Below are positions 41,585-54,975 of a stretch of DNA of 64,000 bases, piece by piece. Numbering within the stretch: the stretch's first letter is position 1; the number at the start of each line of letters is the position of its first letter. Location: NCBI GenBank assembly GCA_951406725.2, contig OX597815.1, forward strand, positions 91,760,001-91,824,000. The letters are read 5' to 3'. The notes below the pieces were generated by a model. The model saw only the letters and a program-made list of their open reading frames with translations. It did no database searches and was not told the origin of the DNA. The position numbers and the translations under genes are program-made. The DNA is from Octopus vulgaris. Lineage: Eukaryota.

Positions 41585-42865
41585 CAAGGGTTGGCTGAAA
41601 AATTCATAAGCTTACCAAGATACTCTCATGGAATGTGACCAAATGAGGTTTATTTTACAACATAGTCCCCCTTGTGGTCCACACACTTCTTTCATCAGTG
41701 TTGCAGTGCTTGGATCCTATTGGTGAAGAAACTTTCATCCTGTTGGTCAAAAGGTCTTCAACAGCAGATAATGACATCATCATCACTTCAATACTTGTTC
41801 CCGGCCAAGTATTTTTCATGTTGGAGAACAGATGATAATCAGATGGGGCCAAATCAGGAGAAAAGGGAGGGCAATCAACCAGTTCAAAGCCACAGTCATG
41901 TACCACAGTCTTTGAAAGTAAGGACTTGTGTGTTGAAGCATTTCCTTGATGAAGAAACAAGTTTTTTTGAGTGTTTGGTCTCAATAAACTTTCATAACTG
42001 ACTCAGCAAATTGGCATCACACTCTCCATTGATGGTGTATCCCTTTTGAAGATAGTCAGTACCTTTTGCATCCCAAAAATCTGAGGCCATCACCTTCCCT
42101 GCAGATGAAACACCCTTGGCCTTCTTTAGAGCAGGTGAGGAGGGATGTTTCCACTGCATGGATTGTTTCTGTCTCTATCTCAAAGTGATGAACCCAACAC
42201 TCATCTAGGGTTAAGAAACATTCAAAGAAACCAGCAGGATCTGCCTCAAACAATGTCAGATTTTCTCATGATGTAATCAACCCTATATGCTTTTGATCAT
42301 GTGTCAGAAGACATGACAGACAGCCACTGAGCAGAAACCTTCATTATGCCGAGTTCTTTGTAAAGAATATTCTGAACTCTCTCACAGGATGTCTTAATAG
42401 CATTGGCTATTTTGTTTATAGTCAATCACCTGTCATCCATCACCATGTGGTGAACCTGATCAATGTTTTCCTCGGTAGTGGTTGTTGCAGGACATCCAGA
42501 CCTTAGGTTATCTTCAAAACTCTCCCTTCCCCTCCTAAATTCAGCTCCTTACTTTTGGTCTGTTGATAAAACTGGAGCACCATCCCCTAACATCGCAAAA
42601 TGTCTGCATGTATGTTTTTGGAGCTAAACCCCTTTTTTGCAGGTACTTGATATAACACCACAATACCCAGTTTTGTCCATTTTCAAAAGAAGTCACTACT
42701 AATTACTTTTGAAGTCTTCTTTGAACGGTCAGATGTCAGTTTATCTGGAGAGAGAGAGACTGCAGTTTTTAAATAAAAAGAGAGTTAAAATCAATGCATG
42801 CAAGATTTTACAGCTCTGACATCACTCTTTCATAGTTAGCCTATGAACTTTTCAGCCCACCTTCA
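41585..42865 (-). mobile_element. Full-length (1281 bp) defective mariner transposon in the MOGS intron
   Basis: TA flanks; TIRs caagggttggctgaaaaattcata / tatgaacttttcagcccaccttca; frameshifted transposase with TLDECWVHHF, LHQGNASTH and PPFSPDLAPSDYHLF. Confidence 0.95.
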
Positions 42866-45140
42866 TATGTCATTGACTCCTGACCAACAGATAACTCCTT
42901 TCAGCTTTACTCCTTGATTTTAATTTATACAAAGTTTAGTCTTTATATTTCAGAATGTTGAAATGTTTTCCATTCTCAATGCTAACTAACTATTGCAGCA
43001 ATCCTGAAGATAGTCTTGTAATTCTTGTTTTATTATTTTCATCTATTCAGAAAATCAAGTTGGCAGAAATGGCAGGGTACCAGGCTAATATCATTCACCT
43101 GCATCCTTTGTATATTCTGATCAAATTCCACCCAAATTATAAACATTTCCTTTGCACACCCACACACTCTCTCTCTCTCACACACATAAAATAAGTATTA
43201 ATGATATGCTAGGTGGAGCTGAAATGCTCAAGTGGATACAATATTGAATCACCAGTCCAAAACCCATTGAGTACCAAACTCATTGCAGATATTACTTTGT
43301 GTATTTAAGCTAAACACTAAATTCCATATGTTTTAATTCACCTAACTACCAGAAACAGGCACCAAATGCTTTCAGAATATTACCTGTGATAAGTTAACAT
43401 CCTATCCAACAAAAGGTTATTTTTCTTATTTTCTTAGTACCATAAAACCTGAACTAAACAGTGCATATAAAAAAAAATATTCCAAGCTTAGAAAACATAG
43501 GTGGGTTCAGCTTTGTACCCAGTTAAAACTCATTACTTTTTCTATTCTTGGTAACTGCTGTAGAGAATATGGTCAGTTTTCCTAACAATGTGACCCAATT
43601 TCAATTCTTGCCAACAACCATTTCACTTTACTCATGTCACTGATATTCTGTAAGCAAAGTATGGCTGTCTCACAACTTGTTATTTGCTGTCTCCAAAAAC
43701 ATAAAACAGTTTTGCTCAATCAAAAGAAATTTATATTTTTAGTCACTAGCAAGTGCTGTTAATTAGAGGAAAGCTCCCAGTAAGCTAAGTTTTTGATCTG
43801 TTTTCTATTTCTTTCAACATTGTTAATTGTCCTTAGTAAAGGCATGACCATCACAAAACCCCCTTTCATCTCCCTATAAATTCAGAGATATGATGCTGGT
43901 GATAGAAATTAATATTTCTATCCATCTTGTTCAGTCAGAGAAAGGGAAGAATTCACAATATTTTTAAGCTATCCCAGAGGTAGGACATTAATGTAGTTAA
44001 TGTTCAGTTTGAACTTCTGTATGTTAATAACTGCAGGGGAAACATAAATGAAAGGGAGCTCCATAAAGCTATAAACCTAGGAAGGAATAATTTGGCAAGT
44101 ATGCAAAGCAGTATTTAGTAGATAAGATAGTAGAGATGATAAAAGACAAGTACATTAAGTAGTTTTGGGTGGAAGTAGAAGTCAACTTCCAAATTCAAGT
44201 TGAATGTATTGTGAAAGCAATAAAAGAAACAAGGGGTAAAAAATACAGTGTATGTAGTTGATGAAAGACAAAGAAGCAACCTAGCAAGTGAGCATGAACG
44301 CCACAACTTTCCATTTCTTTCTCTCTGCAACTCAAAAACCATATGTCTGCACATAAAAAAAATCAATATTTTCATTTATTTCACTTCAGATCTACTTTTA
44401 ATACCTTTGAAAAAGGCATCTTATGAGATTCCGTACCCATGTAGGAAATCAATATTTCTAAGCATATATTTTCCATGGTACAAATGACTGGTTCAGTAAA
44501 TTTTCAGGAATTATTAAGAAGAGAGTCAGTAAATGGATATTTTCTGATAACCTTTCAAGTGTAAAGATGACAGCTGTTTCAAACTGGATTGATTGTCGCA
44601 AGTATAGAGTAATGAGCCTTGCTGAAGGACTTAATACTGCATAGCCATCTTTAAACTCAAAAACTTTCAAGTTTATAATTTCTTATATTTCTTAAGTTAA
44701 CATATACATCAACAATGAAATTGTTCATTATAACAGATTTTCATGGCACAATTTGCTAAGTCTTTAAGAATAGCATCCTAGACTAATAATCTCTGCAGCC
44801 TCTATCTTCAACATATATATTTGTTCATTTGCTTTACGTCTGCTTTTTCATATTAGCATGGTTTCAGCAAATTTATTGGGGCATTTTTTTGCAGCTGGAT
44901 GCCATTCCTGATGCTTACTCTTCCCTGACTTTCAAGTAAGGATCTCTTATTCCACAAAGCTTTAAAGGTACAAAGCAAGCAGGCAATCTATTGTCAGGAG
45001 AAATGCCAATAGAAAATCACATGAACATCATGACATTTAAATAAGCAAGTGGCAGATGTAAACACATATGTGTATTTGTGTGTCACAAAACCAAAGCCTT
45101 GTGAGTGAACTTGGTCAATAAAAACTAAAAAAAAAAAAAC

Positions 45141-45214
<74 letters not shown>

Positions 45215-45228
45215 CACACATACAATAT

Positions 45229-47870
45229 GTTTTTTTATTGGCCACACAGGGCTGAACACAGAGGGGACAAAATACAAAGTAGAGCTTTTCTTTTTGAGAA
45301 GAGAAGAAGGAAAAAAAGGGTGGGTAGGAATTCGATCAAAAGGGATCGTTAAAAAAAAACTTGATCAGTAGGGATCGTGTATCACAGAAATGTCATAGTA
45401 TAAAATAACAGATTAGGTTTATCCGTGGAAAGAAAAGCCTACAGAAAAGTCAACAGTAACCTCGAGCAATAATGTCATGCAAAAAAACACATTACAGTGA
45501 CTCTCTTTTTTCCCTTCTTTTTTTGGCGGGGTTCACAGGATTATGCCCAAGGTGACTCTGTGCCATCCTTGCTACATTCATCTATCTTTTATTGAAGCAT
45601 TCACTAGACAAAACTTCCCTTTCTACTCTCACCTTCCTCTTCAAGTGATACTTGAAGAAGTTGATGAGAGATTCACCAGAGAGGAATGTATTTGTCTCTA
45701 GACCTTTCAGACACATCCACCAGACACATTCTTTCATCATAGCCACAAGGACGATGAAAATGGCTCTTCCTTCCTGTTTCAAGGAAGGGGGCATGACAAT
45801 ATTCACGACAGACTTAGTTGATTAACTGACTCGTCCCACACGCAATAGCAGTCGTTCGATATAGGTCAAAAATGGTTGGACACTGTACGAGTGCATGCAG
45901 AATGGTTTTGTCACTCTGACCGCATCTCAGGCAAGTCAGCCCTGTGTTTCTCAAGCCATGCCTGTAGAGTTTATCCCAAATGGGTAGCACTTCTCGAAAG
46001 CACTGCCAGGGATCTCTGGAAGTTGTCACTAGGTTCCGGCCCAAAAGTCGTCTTGAGCAGGTGGGTCAGGTATTCCTTGTCAACACCCGGGTCCACCCCA
46101 AGATCGCCATTGTACCTCCCCTCCACTAATCCCCTATAGAATGCTTTGGTTGTGATGCAGTTACTCAAGGTCGACTCAGGACAGCATAGTTGCTCAAGAG
46201 CAATGCGACACTCGTGGTGCCATTCACCCTTCCTCAGCCTCTTTTTGATCCACGACTACAGTTCAGTCATGGAGATGAGGTGCAGAAAGTGCGCCTCACA
46301 AACTGCGACCACACCTGTTCACCATCATCTACATAGAGCTGGAGATGTTGCAGTTTCAGCGCATGTCTGCAGATCATCACCCACGGCATGCCCAGCCCTC
46401 CTTTTAACAGGTATTGGCAGCAAACAGATTGCCTGACCTGTTAAAGGCGGTGCATAGACTGATATGAGTCGAAAAACACACCCGTTGCTGCCATCGACAT
46501 CCAGGACAACCAGTATACCCTCCAGGTCTATAAATATTGTCTTTACTTTGAGATCCAGACTCTTGAGAAAAAGTACCACTGTGCTACTACCGCCCATTCT
46601 CAGCAGACAAGGAGAAAAATAAATGTTAAACTGTCCACCAAACATGGACATTAAGGCCCGTGGATTATGGAGTCTGGTCTCACTTGTGGCTATGATTTCT
46701 AACGTGTGTGACTTTATGTCATTTAAGCGGTACCCTTGTTTCCAAGGGGACCCCAAGCCACATGCATTCACACAACCAATCTTGATCATAATCCTAATGA
46801 GTAAAACACAAATGAAAGGAACTGCTCAAAAGTTTTTGCTGTCATCAAGGAGATCCCAATAAAGTTTTTTCGAAAGGTATTTCTGGCATTTACCAACCGC
46901 ACCAGGGTAAATGTCTTTTAGTGTGTGGTGTAGGCTTGGTGAGATGTATCATATTTTGATGTTTTCCAGTGGTGTTGTGTGTGGGTGGTTGTTTGTTTTT
47001 ATGTCATCTTTTGTTAGGTTTGTTTTTGATTTGATTTATTCCATCAAATCTATTTTTAGTGTTTATGACTGTAAGCATGGTTGCTGTATATGTTTTTGTG
47101 GTGTTGGCATTGGTGTTGCTGTTGTTTGTGTTAGGTTTGAAATGTCTTCAGGAGTTGTATATCTCCCTGCTTTGTTCGCGTTTGTATTTGTTTGGGGTTT
47201 TTTTTGCTCCTTCCTTTTCTGACTATTTGCCATTCCTCACTGCTTTCATCTTCCAATGAAATTTCTGAGGAATCAGAAAGGATTAGGGCCATGTTGTAAG
47301 CTTCTATGTGTGTTTGTGTAAGTTGTGTTGTTGTTTTCATTGATGTTGGTTGTTGATTGTTTGTGTGTGGTGTGTGTGATGTAGGGAAGGGGAATCAGTT
47401 TTTGAATTGTTTTTTAGTTTTTCTGTTTCTTTAGTTCTTGCTGTTGTTGTTGGTGGTGTTTTTCCAGGTGCTATTGTATGTTCATTTGTTGATGTTGGTG
47501 GGTTTGGTTGGTGTGTTTCTTTTGCCATACTCCTTTTGCTTATCTTCTGTGTTGATGGTGGTGTGGGTAGTAAGGGTTCTTTTTTCCTTTCACTTTTTCC
47601 CTGTTGTGGTTGTTGTTGTTGTTCTTTCGCTGTTGGGCAATTAGTTTTTAGGTGCTCTTTGCTGCCACACAAGTAACAGCAAGGCCTCCTACCTTCTACC
47701 ACCACTTATGGCCGTCTGGCAGCTCAATTTGGTGTGGGATGCTATTGATTGAATCCTGATCTACATGCTTCAGTGACTGAATCGTTTTCCCCAACCAATT
47801 TTGTTGCTCTAAGACAGCAATCTCCAGGATGTTTATGTTCTCCTCCATGTTGTTACAAATGGCAGACATT
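45229..47870 (-). mobile_element. Tx1/L1-like non-LTR retrotransposon, 5'-truncated, RT domain missing
   Basis: ORF1 remnant with zinc knuckle CYLCGSKEHLKTNC; ORF2 start MIKIGCVNACGL...ATSETRL...LISVYAP (APE); within about 500 bp, the C-terminal zinc finger CLRCGQSDKTILHALVQCP; 3' end AATAAAAAAA near 45229-45239. Confidence 0.85.
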
Positions 47871-50450
47871 TTCAGTTTCAGTCTTGGTCAGCCCAAGGTT
47901 ATAATAGAAGATAGTTGCTCATGTTATCGCATGGAACTGATCCTGAAACTTCAAGGCTGGGAAGCAAACTTCTCGACTTCATAGCCATACCCGTGGGGTG
48001 AGGAGTGTATTTATATTAGACCCTACACACACACACACACACACACATTTATAAAGAAGAGTTAATCAGAAGTACTGACAGTATCATTCATTTATTTATT
48101 GCTTATAGGTATAAAAGGTCTTTGGATTTTCCTAAGGAAATGAAATGAAATGAAATACAGCTTAATTTTTCTTCCTAATATTTGAGAACTAATCTTTGTG
48201 CCTCTAAGAGTACAAGCATTGCTTCCTAACCATGTAGTTTGGGGTTCAGTCCCACTGCATGTTACCTTGAATGTCTTCTGTTATAATAGCCCCAGGCTGA
48301 CCAACCACTGCAAAAAAAATCTTGTTGATTCATTTGGACAAGATACGCCACAACTATGAACCAACAAAGGAGCTTCTATATTATTGCTTAAGTTGCTAAA
48401 AATATCAGCTAAATCACCCTCAAATCATATCTTATAAAATCACATTTTATAGAAGACAAATTGAAAATGTAGTCTCATATTACCAATACATAGAAAAAAG
48501 CCAGGATGGTCACATCTAGAATTCCTTTGATCATACCTCTGCTTGATTAGAGTTTACCTAGGGCTATAGAACAATAATACAACTATGCATATAGAAGAAA
48601 TTAACAACTGTGTGAATATATGACAAAGTGCTATGAAGTTCACATGAAATTACATTAATTCCTATAAATGAGAAGATTTTAACAAATCATTAATACAGAT
48701 CAAGTGTGATGTGCAGAAATTCAACATTCTTCTTCATTTAAATAATACTGAAAAGTTTAATGAATGTTAATTTAGTAAAATGTCCTGGCTTCTGCATTAG
48801 AAATGCAGTTGAATGTATAGCATTTCAGCTAGTTGCATTAAACTCTTTTTAGAGAACTTCACAAGACTAAAAAAATATGGAGCACAATTCTTTGACTGAG
48901 GGAAAGTTTTTTTTTTTCTTTATTCTAACTCTGAAGGGCATGTCAAAATTGACCACTACTACAATGTTGTTCATTATATTCTTTGTCTTAGACCAGATTC
49001 AGTATATTAGGTTGGATTATTGAAGCTACATTATGAAACACAATTTTTTATTACTCATCCCCAACATCATGAGATTGCATTTACAATTTCAATAATTCCA
49101 ACTTGTGGAGGAAATTGATTGACACAACCACATTGAAGTAAATATATGAAATAATTTGGCAATTCTATGTTGAAGGGTGAGCAAAGACTGTTGTTATTAA
49201 CACAGAAATACACCTCATTTTGCATTTGTTTTCAGTGTTACCCATTTATAATTCATGCTCTATGTATGTATGACAAGGGTGGAGGTATCAAGTCACAAAT
49301 CCCTTACATGCTTTTCAGGTTTCACTTATGACAAATGTCAGCTGGCTCCGACCTTGAAACTCTGAAGAAATGGTCAATTTTTATTCACTAACTTTCATTC
49401 TTAATCTTCTGATTTTTGAATATTTTATAAGTATCTTATTTTCAATATCTAATGTGACTCTACTGCAATGCAATTACCTCTGTTTGAAACAACTAACTGA
49501 TACAGTTCATCAACATTTCAATATTTCTAGTTGCATCTTCCAGATGATATGATTTCAGTGATCATTGTTATTATTACTATTTTACCATAAAAAGGAATCA
49601 TGGGAATATGTCTGTTCTTCACTTGTTATTATAGAACTTTTAATATTTTGGCAAGGTAGCTGATTAAAATAGCTTACAGGACCAGTTTTGCTGACAATTC
49701 AGTATTGTGTTATGTTCTACTTTTTTTCTGTTTAGTTTTGTTTTGTATTATGTTATTAAATGCATTACATTGGTTTCTTGATCAACTTCATCATTTAACA
49801 TCCAATTTCTGTGCTGGCACAGGTTGGACTCTGATAAGGCATGACCATCTGATTAGAATGTAGAATACTTATATATTCAATGTGACTGAGTTATAAAGTT
49901 TACTATAAATTACAAAACATAAATAACAAAATACACAGTTACTATTTACATTGTATACATAGATGACATATTCACTATAACAGACAAGGTGTATAGTTGA
50001 ATAATTATAAATATGCTTGAAAAATAACCCATTCCTCTACTTTTAATACTGAACAAAGCTTGATGTAAATGCAGAAATATATTACATCCATTTAAACCAA
50101 CATCATTTGTACATACATGAAATACAGTAAATATCCATATACACATAAAATATCAGTTATAAAATCCCTATTCAGATAAACCTTTAAATTCTCTCTCACA
50201 AAATAAGTTCCATGAAACAAATTCAGTACAATATATAAAACACCTAATACAAACAAACTACAAATAAAGTATAGTATACTAACTGCATCCTGACTGTAGG
50301 ATAAGAGAAGACATTATCAAAAGAGCTCCTTCCTTCTGAATATCTGTATGTTTGTAAGGTTTTAAAATCCAAAACATGTTTGAATGCTGTTTTACTCACA
50401 AGAAACTCTCTATTTGTAACAATTGTTTTTCTCTTGTTTTCCCGTTTCAG

Positions 50451-52337
50451 AGTTCTGAAAGACATGTGGTTGTCTCACTGATGTTTTATATGGCACTAGA
50501 TGGGCCAGGAAATTTGCAAACTGTAACAACACAAAACAGACTGAAATCCATCTCGGGATATGTTAAGGAGCTTGGTGACTTTGAACTAAAATTTAACAAA
50601 GCTACTTCAACGCATCAAAAATACCATCATCTTGTTACTTATGTCTCAAATCTAGACATTTTGAAAGAAACTGTCCAAGGTCATTTGAAAGTAGATGCTT
50701 GGGACAAAGGTAGAACACTCCCTTATTTTGTATTGAGAGGTAGATCAGTACCAAGAGATGCCCCAAGTGGTCCAAATTTTATAGTACACCAGGTCACAGC
50801 TGTTTTACCAGTAGAGATGGAAATAGTGTTTGAATCTCAAAGCTACAGAAGAGAAAATTCGTTACAAGGAGATTCTTTCACTAATTTATTAAATAGTTAT
50901 GTAGAAGAATTTGATACCAAGTTTGAAAATACATTCCATTTAAAAGAGAAAGATTTCAAAACTGAAGAAATCAACTTTGCCAAAGCTGCCTTAAGTAATA
51001 TGCTTGGAAGTATTGGGTATTTCTCTGGTGAGTCACAGGTGAAGTCCATTTATACACCAGAACCTGTTAAATACTGGGAAACCTCTCTATATACTGCTGT
51101 ACCTTCAAGATCTTTCTTTCCTAGAGGTTTCCTCTGGGATGAAGGTTTTCACAATCTACTAATAGTACAATGGAACCCCACTATTTCTAAAGACATTATA
51201 TCCCACTGGTTAGATTTAATAAATGTGGAAGGTTGGATACCACGTGAGCAAATCTTAGGCTCAGAAGCTCAGAGAAAAGTTCCAGCTGAGTTTGTGGTCC
51301 AACATAATACAAATGCTAACCCCCCAACACTCTTCCTTCCATTGCAAAAAATCATTAAAACTTTAGTGAAGAGCGAAAAACCTGAAGATCGGGCCTTTTT
51401 GAAAGCAGTTTACCCTCGCTTAAAAGCTTGGTATGCTTTCTACAATGAGACACAATCTGGTAATATTCCAGGTACATATCGTTGGCGAGGGAGAGACCCT
51501 TTGGTAAAACGAGAATTAAATCCAAAAACTTTAACATCAGGTCTTGATGACTACCCTAGGGCATCACATCCTACAGATTATGAACGTCACATTGATCTTA
51601 GATGTTGGATGGCCCTTGCATCTGGAGTGATGCTTGATATTGCTAAAACACTCAAAATGGATTGGAAACCATATGAAGAAACTTACAACATGCTGACAGA
51701 CAACCAACTGATGAATGAATTTCATTGGTCAGAAAGCAAACAGCAATACTGTGACTTTGGTTTGCACTCTGACAAGGTAAAACTTGAGCAACCTAAAGCA
51801 CCCCCGCCAAAACCTGGCCAGCCTCCAATTAAATTAGAAAAGGTCAGAGTAAATGTATTTGAACCTAAAATTCAGTTTGTAAATTCCTTTGGCTATGTAA
51901 GTCTTTTCCCATTTCTACTGAAGATTGTCAATCCTGATTCTCCAAAATTGATGAAAATTTTGAAAGATCTACAGGACACGCAACTTTTGTGGACAGACTA
52001 CGGTTTACGTTCATTAGCTCGAACGGCTCCTCTCTACAATCGCTACAACACAGAACATGATCCCCCATACTGGCGTGGTGCTATCTGGATCAACATCAAC
52101 TATTTAGCACTACAGGCATTACACCACTACTCTACAACTGAAGGACCATACCAGAGTCAGGCAAAGACCATCTATGATCAACTTAGAGCTAATATCATTA
52201 GGAACATGTATAAAGAATATTCAGAAACAGGTTACATTTGGGAACAGTATAATGATCGAACTGGCAAAGGTAAAGGCAGTCACCCATTTACTGGGTGGTC
52301 AGCGTTAGTTGTGTTAATGATGGCTGAAAAATATTAG
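50451..52337 (+). CDS. MOGS: MOGS terminal coding exon (GH63 catalytic domain)
   Basis: Acceptor ttttcccgtttcag|AGT, phase 0, compatible with the donor at 40191. Open to TAG at 52335-52337. Motifs LYTAVPSRSFFPRGFLWDEGFH, GWIPREQILG, NANPPT, YRWRGR, TLTSGLDDYPR (catalytic Asp), PPYWRGAIWININY, WEQY (catalytic Glu), HPFTGWS. The first 25 aa of the supplied ORF (50376-50450) are intronic. Confidence 0.98.
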   Translation, partial: SSERHVVVSLMFYMALDGPGNLQTVTTQNRLKSISGYVKELGDFELKFNKATSTHQKYHHLVTYVSNLDILKETVQGHLKVDAWDKGRTLPYFVLRGRSVPRDAPSGPNFIVHQVTAVLPVEMEIVFESQSYRRENSLQGDSFTNLLNSYVEEFDTKFENTFHLKEKDFKTEEINFAKAALSNMLGSIGYFSGESQVKSIYTPEPVKYWETSLYTAVPSRSFFPRGFLWDEGFHNLLIVQWNPTISKDIISHWLDLINVEGWIPREQILGSEAQRKVPAEFVVQHNTNANPPTLFLPLQKIIKTLVKSEKPEDRAFLKAVYPRLKAWYAFYNETQSGNIPGTYRWRGRDPLVKRELNPKTLTSGLDDYPRASHPTDYERHIDLRCWMALASGVMLDIAKTLKMDWKPYEETYNMLTDNQLMNEFHWSESKQQYCDFGLHSDKVKLEQPKAPPPKPGQPPIKLEKVRVNVFEPKIQFVNSFGYVSLFPFLLKIVNPDSPKLMKILKDLQDTQLLWTDYGLRSLARTAPLYNRYNTEHDPPYWRGAIWININYLALQALHHYSTTEGPYQSQAKTIYDQLRANIIRNMYKEYSETGYIWEQYNDRTGKGKGSHPFTGWSALVVLMMAEKY

Positions 52338-52391
52338 GTACTCTTCTTACTTTCCCTAGAATATCAAAATAATGCATTTTAAAAATACAAA

Positions 52392-52397
52392 AATAAA
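52392..52397 (+). promoter_or_regulatory. Candidate MOGS polyadenylation signal AATAAA
   Basis: AATAAA about 55 nt after the stop with T/GT-rich sequence downstream; AT-rich context makes chance occurrence plausible. Confidence 0.35.
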
Positions 52398-52847
52398 AAA
52401 ATGGGATTATAGATTTATTCTGACCTTCATTTTGTGGGGTGTTTTTAAACATTTTTCTTTCTTTTGTTTCTTTCAAATCATAGTTTATTATTCCATTTTC
52501 TACCCAGTATTTTCTTCTTTTTAATCATTTTTGTTCTTTTAAGCACACTTTTTTAAAGTTATAATTTTGAGACTAGACTATCCCTTATCCTTGCCCCCAG
52601 CTAAGTATACGATGATCTCAAAGAATAGAGTTTGCTTTTGGAACTAAACTTTTCCCACACATCCGCAGTGCTTTTATATTTTTATTCAGAATTATACAGA
52701 ACGTCCTTGGGGATGTTAACTATTCAAAGCAAAACATTTTGGTTTAATATTGATATTTTTCTAAGTTAGTGCAATATTTTACTTGCTTCCCTTAAAAACA
52801 AATGTTACATTTCAGTTTATATCTTTGTTATTTTTCTATTTTATATT

Positions 52848-52988
<141 letters not shown>

Positions 52989-53244
52989 CATATACATATA
53001 TATATATGTATATACATACACATAAACATATGAGTGTATCACACACACATGCACACACATATGTATACATACAAACACACATGTATATAGACCTACACTC
53101 ATATACACTTCCTTAATGTTTTTCTATGAAGAATCCCATTCACATTCTCTGCTTCAGCTGAACATTACATGGTTACTATAATTGCGTTCTATATTGTCAC
53201 ATTGTAATTTTAGCTTGGGATTAATTTTATTATTATTATTTTTA

Positions 53245-53455
53245 AGCCAGTGAGCTGGCAGAATCACTAGCATGCCAGGCAAACTGCCTAGTGGCTTTTC
53301 GTCCTTCTTCACATTCTGAGTTCAAATTCCACCTAGGTCAACTTTGCCGTTCATCCTTTCAGGGTCAATAAAATAAGTACCAGTTGAACACTGGGATCAA
53401 TATAATCAACTTACCCCCTACCCCAAACTTGCTGGCCTTGTGCCAGAATTTGAAA

Positions 53456-53507
<52 letters not shown>

Positions 53508-54919
53508 AGCAGCAAGCTGGCAGAATCATTAAAACATAAGAAAAAAGGCTTTGCAATATTTGTTCTGATTCTTTACTTTCTGAGTTCAAATCCCTGAGGT
53601 CAACTTTGCCATTCATCCTTCCAGGGTCAATAAAATAATTACCAGTTAAGCACTGGGGTCAATGTAATTGACTAGCTCCCTTCCCTAAAATTTCAGGCCT
53701 TGTGCCTAAAATAAAAAAGACTATCATTAGGTGAGCTGACAGAATCATTAGAGGGTTGGAAAAACGCTTTGCACTGTTTATTTTGACTCTTTACATTCTG
53801 AGCTCAAATCCTACTAAGGCCAACTTTGCCTTTCATCCTTTTGGAGGCGATAAAATCAGATGCCAATCAAATGATATCAATTAAACTCTTTCTTCAAAAT
53901 TACTGAGTTGAGCCTAAATTAGATATAATTATTAACCCTTTAGCATTGAGATTACTGTCAAATGTAATCCATATTGTTTTAAATAAATCCTGTATTATCT
54001 TGTAGCTTCAAGATCTCAATGATGTGAATGTTTATTTTTAGAATGACATTGTAAAATAGGTATGAGAGGCAGGATCTGGCTGGTCTGAACATAAAGTAGG
54101 TAGAATATTTGGGCTTGATATGACTGGTTTAAATGTTAAAATGTTAAGGGCAGTAAGCTGGCAGAGTTATTATAGCATCATTAAAATACCTTATCATATT
54201 AGTTCCAAGTCTTTACATTCTGAATTCAAATTCTGCCATGGTCAACATTGCTTTTAATCTTTTCAGAATCGGTAAAATACAGTACCTGTCAAGTGCTTGG
54301 GTTGATGTAATTGACTAAATAAGAAAGGATTATTATTTTTTTTATTATTGATTTTCCACTATAATAATAATGATGATTTGTTTTATTAGCCACAAGGGCT
54401 CAAAAATTTTGGAGACAGTACAAAGGTGAAATAGAAAACAAAGAATAGTATTGAGAAGTGTTTACAGGTAAAAGGGTAAGATTACTAATAACAAAGATAT
54501 TAATTAATTGATAACAAAAACAATATAGAACAACAGATCAACAAGAAAGTATCCTCAAAAGTGGTGGGGGCTCAGCAGGGCACTCCACACATAACTCTAG
54601 ATTACTGTGACACACTAAAGGCAAGTGCCATTATCCAGTTCTTGGTGCAACCTGCAGCTGTATGATTAGAATAAGTCCATTTAGTCCACACCAATTTTGC
54701 TTCTTTCATCCAAATTTCATTGATTAATGAAAAGGCATGACCTCCCTCTTTATGATCAGTTTTCTCTTCAAGTACCACTTTGCCTTCCATCCTTCTGGGG
54801 TCAATAAAATGACATACCGTTATTAAGAAAAATGAGTGCCAGTATTTCATTATAGATGATTCAATGACCTACACCTGTCACTGAAATGTTGTGTCCTTAT
54901 TCTACATCAGAAATTAATA

Positions 54920-54975
<56 letters not shown>

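Larger units (their letters stand above)
40192..50450 (+). other. MOGS: MOGS intron (10,259 bp, GT-AG, phase 0)
   Basis: GT at 40192 and AG at 50449-50450 join the exons in frame (...ITPK|SSERHVVVSLMFY). A small intervening exon cannot be excluded without RNA data. Confidence 0.8.

Noticed and set aside
50376-50450. ATG at 50376 as the MOGS start (653-aa ORF)
   Set aside because: These 25 codons are the intron's pyrimidine tract and acceptor; an in-phase upstream exon exists at 39930-40191.
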